Shown: piece after piece, positions 26,690 through 31,478 of the stretch
Numbering within the stretch: the first letter of the stretch is position 1
Layout of the letters: each line of letters opens with the position of its first letter
Virus record (IMG/VR): IMGVR_UViG_3300031965_000111
Coordinates: 1 to 31,478 of that record
Source: a virus
Taxonomy: Duplodnaviria; Caudoviricetes
Length of the DNA stretch: 31,478 bases
Direction: 5' to 3' (one strand)
Translations under genes and position numbers: made by a program
Notes under the pieces: generated by a model
The model's input: the letters and a program-made list of their open reading frames with translations, nothing else
Databases searched by the model: none
What the model was told of the DNA's origin: nothing

Positions 26690-26917
26690 TTATGCACGCG
26701 CGCGCTCGGGAGCTGCGTCTTCCATCGGCGGTGTATTGCCGCACGTCGCGCCGCCTTGATCGCGCGCATCTTCTCGCGCCGAGCTGCGCGCCGTTGCTGC
26801 CTGCGCGTCATCCTGCGTTGCTGCTCGATGCTGCCGACGGTACGCGCGGCGCTCGAGCATGAGCGCAACGCAGTCGACGATCGCCAGCGTCGCGAAGAAT
26901 AGCTCGACCGTCGTCAT
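26690..26917 (-). CDS. Small protein with N-terminal TM helix
   Basis: ATGA-coupled start; MTTVELFFATLAIVDCVALML. The 3' half is uncertain because an Arg-rich overlapping frame (26647-26811) competes. Confidence 0.45.
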   Translation of the reverse strand: MTTVELFFATLAIVDCVALMLERRAYRRQHRAATQDDAQAATARSSAREDARDQGGATCGNTPPMEDAAPERARA

Positions 26918-27255
26918 CGGAACGGCCCTTCGTGCGTGCGGCAGTAGTCGCACCAATGTTCGCGATCGCTCGTGACCGCGCGGCACTGCAGCGCGGGCGT
27001 GCGGAACTCGCACGCGGTCGGCGGCGCGTGCTCGATGCGATCGCACACGACGCCCGAGACGTGCACGCCCGAGTATTCGATCGCGTTGTGCAGTCGTACC
27101 ATAGACGCGTCGCACAGCCTATCGACCTCCGCTATCATTTCGTCTCGCAACTTGTCGACCGCCCCTGCAATCGCGCGTGTCTTGCCGCTTTCAAACCACA
27201 ACACGATTGCGCTCGGAACGCCGAGACCGATTAGCACTAGCAACGCGCCGATCAT
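26914..27255 (-). CDS. Membrane-anchored hypothetical protein with Cys/His cluster
   Basis: ATGA-coupled; MIGALLVLIGLGVPSAIVLWF; C-terminal C..C..HWCDYC..H. Confidence 0.6.
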   Translation of the reverse strand: MIGALLVLIGLGVPSAIVLWFESGKTRAIAGAVDKLRDEMIAEVDRLCDASMVRLHNAIEYSGVHVSGVVCDRIEHAPPTACEFRTPALQCRAVTSDREHWCDYCRTHEGPFR

Positions 27256-27491
27256 GCGCGCACCTTTACGACGAGCGCGTCGACCGTCCAGTAAACGGTA
27301 GGGCACAGCCTGAGCCCTTCCACTTCGTTGATCGTCGCGGTGCCGCCCGCGTCGAACGCGTTCGCGAGCGCGAACATTTCCGGGGTGTCTTCGTCGACCC
27401 ATAGTCCGCGCTCTTCGCCGCGCTCGGCGATTGCGGCGACAATCGACGTCGGGGTTTTGAACCCGACGAGCGGTGCGGTTTGATCGCTCAC
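27252..27491 (-). CDS. Hypothetical protein (79 aa)
   Basis: GTGA/ATGA overlaps at both ends. Confidence 0.6.
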   Translation of the reverse strand: MSDQTAPLVGFKTPTSIVAAIAERGEERGLWVDEDTPEMFALANAFDAGGTATINEVEGLRLCPTVYWTVDALVVKVRA

Positions 27492-27958
27492 GTCGGCACC
27501 TTCGTCGACGCGAGTCGCATAGGCATCACGATCGCGTAGACTTGCACCGCGTCGAACGCGTTGATGTCGTGCGTCAGATAGATAGGCTCGCGCGGGCTTT
27601 TGACCCACGCGATCGATCCCTTCCTCGTGAGCGCGCGCCAGTAGTCGAGCATGATCGGCACGCTTTCGCCCGCCCCGGACGCGGGCGTGAGAATCCTCGC
27701 CGGCTGATCCTTGACACAATCGTTAATCCAAGGGGACGCCACGTATCGGGACAGATCGCGATAGTCGGCGTTCGCTAGTATTTGCGCAATCACGTCGATC
27801 TCATTCTTCGGCATCGGCTCGATATCGACGTCGATATTCGAATCCCACCCGGGGCGCAGCTCACTGACAGCGATCGCCCAGTGTCCGTTAGCAATCCAGT
27901 CGGAGCTGACGCGTATAGTCTGCGCAGACCCTGTTAGTTTCTTACTGATACTGATCAC
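27488..27958 (-). CDS. Sliding-clamp (DnaN)-like fragment protein
   Basis: GTGA-coupled, 156 aa; WIANGHWAI resembles DnaN ATDGHRL, and SPREPI...YAIVMPMRL resembles the DnaN C-terminus. Confidence 0.5.
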   Translation of the reverse strand: MISISKKLTGSAQTIRVSSDWIANGHWAIAVSELRPGWDSNIDVDIEPMPKNEIDVIAQILANADYRDLSRYVASPWINDCVKDQPARILTPASGAGESVPIMLDYWRALTRKGSIAWVKSPREPIYLTHDINAFDAVQVYAIVMPMRLASTKVPT

Positions 27959-28158
27959 GCTATCCCCCTTTTCTTCAGCTCGGCGGCGAGCCGTTGCGCG
28001 TCGCGGCTGTCGCCCGACACCTTGATTGATACGACAGGCTCGGCGATGCACGAGATCCCAAGCTCGGCGGCGACCGTCGCGATTGCATCGGTCAGACGGC
28101 TTGTGCTGGCGTGCGTCGTGCTCGCGATCAGCGCGCCGTGTTCGATCCTGATACTCAT
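27955..28158 (-). CDS. Hypothetical protein (67 aa)
   Basis: Tight coupling to both neighbours. Confidence 0.6.
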   Translation of the reverse strand: MSIRIEHGALIASTTHASTSRLTDAIATVAAELGISCIAEPVVSIKVSGDSRDAQRLAAELKKRGIA

Positions 28159-28160
28159 GA

Positions 28161-28511
28161 CTAGTCCCCGAACGTGGTTACCTTGTCGCTGAGCTTAACG
28201 CCGAATCTGCGGTCGTCGGCCGCGCGCGTTGCGGCGTCAACCGCTTCGGCGAGCGTTCCGAATCCGCGCATCCCGAGCGTATAGGCGCCGTAGTATCCGA
28301 CCGGCTGATCGCCCCGGTCAAGCTTTAACCCGCGGCAGTAGTACGAGACGTCGCCGATATCGTCGGTCACTCGCACGGCATCGACGCCGCGCGCCTGCCG
28401 GATGTCGCGCACGTCTTCGGGCTCGTAATCGGGATACTCCGTTGCGCCGAAGCTCGCGGGCAGGTGGTTCGCGAATCGCTCGATCGCCTTGCTGAACTTT
28501 GCTGCGTTCAT
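28161..28511 (-). CDS. Hypothetical protein (116 aa)
   Basis: First gene after an AT-rich promoter region. Confidence 0.7.
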   Translation of the reverse strand: MNAAKFSKAIERFANHLPASFGATEYPDYEPEDVRDIRQARGVDAVRVTDDIGDVSYYCRGLKLDRGDQPVGYYGAYTLGMRGFGTLAEAVDAATRAADDRRFGVKLSDKVTTFGD

Positions 28512-28520
28512 GGTGTCTCT

Positions 28521-28548
28521 ATATTAGCGATTCGCTAAGGTAACACAA
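28521..28548 (-). promoter_or_regulatory. Sigma70-like promoter with palindromic operator
   Basis: TTGTGT-N16-TAATAT, 9 nt before ATG 28511; dyad TTAGCGA-N-TCGCTAA (28524-28538) overlaps the -10. Confidence 0.6.
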
Positions 28549-28578
28549 GCGCTATTCGTATCGATATGTCGATTTTTC

Positions 28579-28594
28579 TATCGGGATCCCGATA
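28579..28594. repeat. Perfect 16-bp palindrome TATCGGGATCCCGATA
   Basis: Read directly; 3 nt downstream of the stop of the RHH gene; operator or hairpin. Confidence 0.7.
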
Positions 28595-28597
28595 ACC

Positions 28598-28981
28598 CTA
28601 GAGTCCTGCGTACTTACGCAATGTCTCGCGCGCCCACGTTCCGCGCGCGGTCAGGTTTGCCTCGGCGACACCGTTGAACGCGCGCAGCTCTTCAGGCGAG
28701 ACTTCGACCGCGATCAAGTGGTCGGCGGTCGCGTTATCACGGACCATTCCTGCGTGCGCGATCGCACCGAGCGTCAGGCGGCTGGGTACCACGAGCTTGA
28801 TCACGCCCGTTTCTAGTCCCGCCTGCCAGCGCAGCACGAGCCGCGCCCAGACCGCCGCGGACACGCCGCACGCGGCGGCGCGCGCCGTCATGACAGTATG
28901 ATCGAGCGCCGTTACCGGGACGTGAATCTGTTTCTGCCGGCTGCTCGAGGCAACCGGATTTTTGCGTGGCTTAGATCCCAT
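28598..28981 (-). CDS. Tandem ribbon-helix-helix DNA-binding protein
   Basis: Two internally similar units: QIHVPVT...ARAAACGVSAAVWARLVLRWQAGL and LIAVEVSPEE...VAEANLTARGTWARETLRKYAGL. Confidence 0.65.
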   Translation of the reverse strand: MGSKPRKNPVASSSRQKQIHVPVTALDHTVMTARAAACGVSAAVWARLVLRWQAGLETGVIKLVVPSRLTLGAIAHAGMVRDNATADHLIAVEVSPEELRAFNGVAEANLTARGTWARETLRKYAGL

Positions 28982-28983
28982 CG
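28959..28983. repeat. 25-bp direct repeat, copy 1
   Basis: TTTTTGCGTGGCTTAGATCCCATCG, identical to 29845-29869. Confidence 0.95.
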
Positions 28984-29867
28984 GTTAGCTCCCTCTTTAC
29001 CAAGTTCCCTCGATCGTCGCATCGGTACGCGACTCCTGCCTCGATACCCTCTCCCACGTACCCGACCGCGAGGCGATAGCGCGTGCCGTCATGCCAGCGG
29101 ATATGCAGCTCGCCGCGGGTGCCAGCCGTCGCGGTGCCGCGGTCGCCAGCCGTCGCGGTGCCGCCGTCGCCAGCCGTCGCGGTGCCGCCGTCGCCAGCCG
29201 TCGCGGTGCCGCGGTCGCCAGCCGTCGCGGTGCCGCGGTCGCCAGCCGTCGCGGTGCCGTAGTAGCCAGCCGTCGCGGTGCCGTGGTAGCCAGCCGTCGC
29301 GGTGCCGCGGTCGCCAGCCGTCGCGGTGCCGTAGTAGCCAGCCGTCGCGGTGCCGTAGTAGCCAGCCGTCGCGGTGCCGCCGTCGCCAGCCGTCGCGGTG
29401 CCGCGGTCGCCAGCCTTCGCGGTGCCGCGGTAGCCAGCCGTCGCGGTGCCGCCGTCGCCAGCCGTCGCGGTGCCGCGGTAGCCAGCCGTCGCGGTGCCGC
29501 CGACAACGGCCCCGGCTGCACCGCGCTCGCAGATGTCTGCGGTAGCACCGAGGCGATCACCGCAGTAAACGACCACGGCGCGCGGCACCTTGATTTTGCC
29601 GCACAGATCAACCGCGGTGCGCGGATCGATCTCAACCACGAGCCATCGCGCATCCTCCGACCAGTCGATCAGGCGCCCGTCGCCCTCGCCCCACAGCAGG
29701 CCGTGTAGCCCGTGGCCGCATTGGGGGCTCGGATCCCAATCCGGCGCTTCGACTGGACCCGACTCGGGCCAAGTGAATCCGCCGTAGCTCGTGCCATCGG
29801 CAGAGCAGGTGCGGAGCATGTACGCGACCGGCGCAGTGGTCGGCTTTTTGCGTGGCTTAGATCCCAT
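28971..29867 (-). CDS. Octapeptide-repeat (ice-nucleation-protein-like) beta-solenoid protein with DUF7666-like N-terminal domain
   Basis: N-terminal SYGGFTWP..GPVEAPDW...CGHGLHG...WLVVE...KIKVPRAVVV; 16 x GTATAGxx; C-terminal VGYVGEGIEAGVAYR. Confidence 0.8.
   Translation of the reverse strand: MGSKPRKKPTTAPVAYMLRTCSADGTSYGGFTWPESGPVEAPDWDPSPQCGHGLHGLLWGEGDGRLIDWSEDARWLVVEIDPRTAVDLCGKIKVPRAVVVYCGDRLGATADICERGAAGAVVGGTATAGYRGTATAGDGGTATAGYRGTAKAGDRGTATAGDGGTATAGYYGTATAGYYGTATAGDRGTATAGYHGTATAGYYGTATAGDRGTATAGDRGTATAGDGGTATAGDGGTATAGDRGTATAGTRGELHIRWHDGTRYRLAVGYVGEGIEAGVAYRCDDRGNLVKRELTDGI
29115..29498 (-). repeat. Coding tandem repeat, 16 x 24 bp
   Basis: GGCACCGCGACGGCTGGC plus two variable codons per unit; counted from the translation. 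Confidence 0.95.
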
Positions 29868-29869
29868 CG
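29845..29869. repeat. 25-bp direct repeat, copy 2
   Basis: Identical to 28959-28983, 886 bp away. Confidence 0.95.
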
Positions 29870-30204
29870 TCTTTTTCTCCGTTGCTAGGTGACGCGTACT
29901 CGTCGCGCCACGTGTTCGTCAGCTCGCTTAGAACGCTCGCGATCTCGATTCGATCTACGAACTCGGCGAGCGCGTAGCACAGCCCGTCGATCGCTAGCGC
30001 CCACGCGGGAGGCGTCCAGCCTGCGCTGACGATCTCTCGCCGGGGCGTACCGTGTGTCATCGTCTCGACCGTACGCCTACCGGGTTGAATCCAAAGCGAC
30101 ACGTAACCGCATTCGATCAGCAGCTCGAGCCCGCGCCGGTCGGGCGGCGTGACATAGATCGTCGAGCTGTTTTCGCGCATGACGAGTAGCTTTCGCGGCA
30201 TCAT
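29857..30204 (-). CDS. Hypothetical protein (115 aa)
   Basis: ATGA-coupled start; its 3' end carries the GGAG RBS of the next gene. Confidence 0.6.
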   Translation of the reverse strand: MMPRKLLVMRENSSTIYVTPPDRRGLELLIECGYVSLWIQPGRRTVETMTHGTPRREIVSAGWTPPAWALAIDGLCYALAEFVDRIEIASVLSELTNTWRDEYASPSNGEKDDGI

Positions 30205-30503
30205 GATTCGCCCTCGGCGTCATCGGCGTCATCGGCGTCATCGGCGCACACGTCGCAATCGTAGGTTTCGCAGGGCTCGATCGGCACGTCCAAGAATTCG
30301 GCGAGCAGGTACCGCGCGGCGGCGGCTTCGGTCGCGTGCGGATATCCGTCCCCGCCGTAGTACGCGTCGACCCAATGCAGATCGGTCCCGCCGAACACGT
30401 GGTTTGTGGGCGCGTTGATCCCGACCGTACCCGCTCCGCGATCTAGCTCGACCGTGACGCCGAGCTGCGCGGCGCGCGCCTGCAAGCGCTCGACCGTGGT
30501 CAC
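30201..30503 (-). CDS. Hypothetical protein with CxxxxCxxC and acidic tail
   Basis: GTGA-coupled start (VTTVERLQARAAQLGV...PCETYDCDVCADDADDADDAEGES), 100 aa. Confidence 0.7.
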   Translation of the reverse strand: MTTVERLQARAAQLGVTVELDRGAGTVGINAPTNHVFGGTDLHWVDAYYGGDGYPHATEAAAARYLLAEFLDVPIEPCETYDCDVCADDADDADDAEGES

Positions 30504-31240
30504 TGTCCGTCCCCCAGCATGCGCGGACCGCTGCCGAGCGCGTTCCCGTTGCGCCCAAGCCGCACGTCGCGCCCGGCTTCCCGCCCTGCCGCGTACCCGT
30601 CGCGGTTGCTGTACGCCGACGAGCCGCGCGACGTCTTGACGCGGTCGATCTGCAGCGCCGCTAGCGCGTGCGCCTTGCCGGCGTCGACCGACTGATCGAC
30701 CCGCACGAGCGATAGCCCGGCCGATCGCGCCTGCGCGACCTGCTCGTTTTTCTGTGCCTGCAGGCGGCTCGAGATCACGCCCGCGCACCCAAGGCGGAAG
30801 GCATGCTTCCAGGTGCGCGGCGTGCCACTGCCGCGCGTGACGTAGCAGTCTTCGGCGAGGCGATCGGTTTCCGCGCACAGATAGTCGAACATGTACAGCA
30901 CGGTGTCGACCGCGCTCTTGCGTCCGCTGACCATGAGCCGCACCGCCCCGCGCTCGCGCCGATCGGTGACGCCGAAGACGCCGAACGCGTAGCACAATCC
31001 GTGCAGGATGCGCGAGCGCCAGCCGACTTTGCTCTTTGACTCGAACGCGTTGACGACGTGCAGCGGGTCGGCGGCTTCGGCGTCGGTCGCGCTCGCGATC
31101 TGTGCCTCGCTGATCTGATGCGCGATCATCAGCTCGGCGGCGAGCGCCGCCGCGTTCGCGGCTTCGTGCTCATTGGTCGACTTGCTGAGGCGTAGGAGCT
31201 TAGCAATCCGGTCCATGACTTTGGTGTGTGTGTTGGGCAT
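30500..31240 (-). CDS. DUF2786-domain protein
   Basis: MDRIAKLLRLSKSTNEHEAANAAALAAELMIAHQI N-terminus; WKHAFRLG and GYAAGREAG C-terminal motifs. Confidence 0.88.
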   Translation of the reverse strand: MPNTHTKVMDRIAKLLRLSKSTNEHEAANAAALAAELMIAHQISEAQIASATDAEAADPLHVVNAFESKSKVGWRSRILHGLCYAFGVFGVTDRRERGAVRLMVSGRKSAVDTVLYMFDYLCAETDRLAEDCYVTRGSGTPRTWKHAFRLGCAGVISSRLQAQKNEQVAQARSAGLSLVRVDQSVDAGKAHALAALQIDRVKTSRGSSAYSNRDGYAAGREAGRDVRLGRNGNALGSGPRMLGDGQ

Positions 31241-31246
31241 GGGATA

Positions 31247-31275
31247 ACCTTAGTGGGTTGCTAGGCGGCTGTCAA
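31247..31275 (-). promoter_or_regulatory. Sigma70-type promoter, probably leaderless
   Basis: TTGACA-N17-TAAGGT, 6 nt before ATG 31240; no Shine-Dalgarno. Confidence 0.8.
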
Positions 31276-31278
31276 ACT

Positions 31279-31476
31279 TTATTCTGCATCGCCGGGAAAA
31301 TCGCAGTGCGGGCACTCGTCACCTAGCACGGGCTCTTCGCAGATCGGGCACGTGTAGCCGGGCGGCGCATTCGCGCGAAACGCCCGTGAGCTTTCAACCT
31401 GCGAAGACACGCCGCCGATCGCGACGTGCGAGTAGCATCGCATCGTGTGCAGTGAGCCGCGGATATCGGCGAGCCA
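31279..31476 (-). CDS. C-terminal part of a zinc-ribbon protein (start uncertain or outside the window)
   Basis: Hand translation ends ...PPGYTCPICEEPVLGDECPHCDFPGDAE* (two CxxC); the frame is open to the window edge. Confidence 0.5.
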   Translation of the reverse strand, partial: WLADIRGSLHTMRCYSHVAIGGVSSQVESSRAFRANAPPGYTCPICEEPVLGDECPHCDFPGDAE

Positions 31477-31478
31477 GA

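Noticed and set aside
29115-29498. CRISPR-like array
   Set aside because: The 24-bp period has only 6 variable nt, the variants recur, it lies in frame within a gene, and there are no cas genes. It is a coding tandem repeat.
30214-30246. 9-bp tandem repeat (TCGGCGTCA x ~3.7)
   Set aside because: Simple in-frame slippage giving the DDA acidic tail; no further structure.

Overview
The window is a contiguous ~31 kb piece of a GC-rich tailed phage or prophage with a contractile tail, almost all on the minus strand. Reading right to left: (i) small early/accessory genes (DUF2786-like protein, octapeptide-repeat protein, tandem ribbon-helix-helix protein, sliding-clamp-like fragment); (ii) a CHAP endolysin, the only plus-strand gene, divergent from the portal; (iii) a head module (DUF1073 portal, Mu gpF-like protein, DUF2213 protease, scaffold, cement, DUF2184-type capsid) followed by three candidate appendage genes; (iv) neck, sheath, tube, frameshifted chaperone, tape measure, baseplate and a very short fibre; (v) small membrane proteins, a T5 A1-like metallophosphoesterase, a DUF5664-like dNTP diphosphohydrolase and a truncated GNAT-like gene. 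No terminase, integrase, RNA gene or CRISPR array is visible. The main signals beyond the gene calls are a five-copy late-promoter motif (CGCAATTTCG-N19-xAnnnT), two copies of which form a palindromic bidirectional portal/endolysin promoter; an R-x-D motif recurring in head proteins (candidate maturation-cleavage site); and a 25-bp direct repeat that makes the repeat-protein gene a cleanly excisable cassette. Family names come from motif recognition and gene order, not from database searches.
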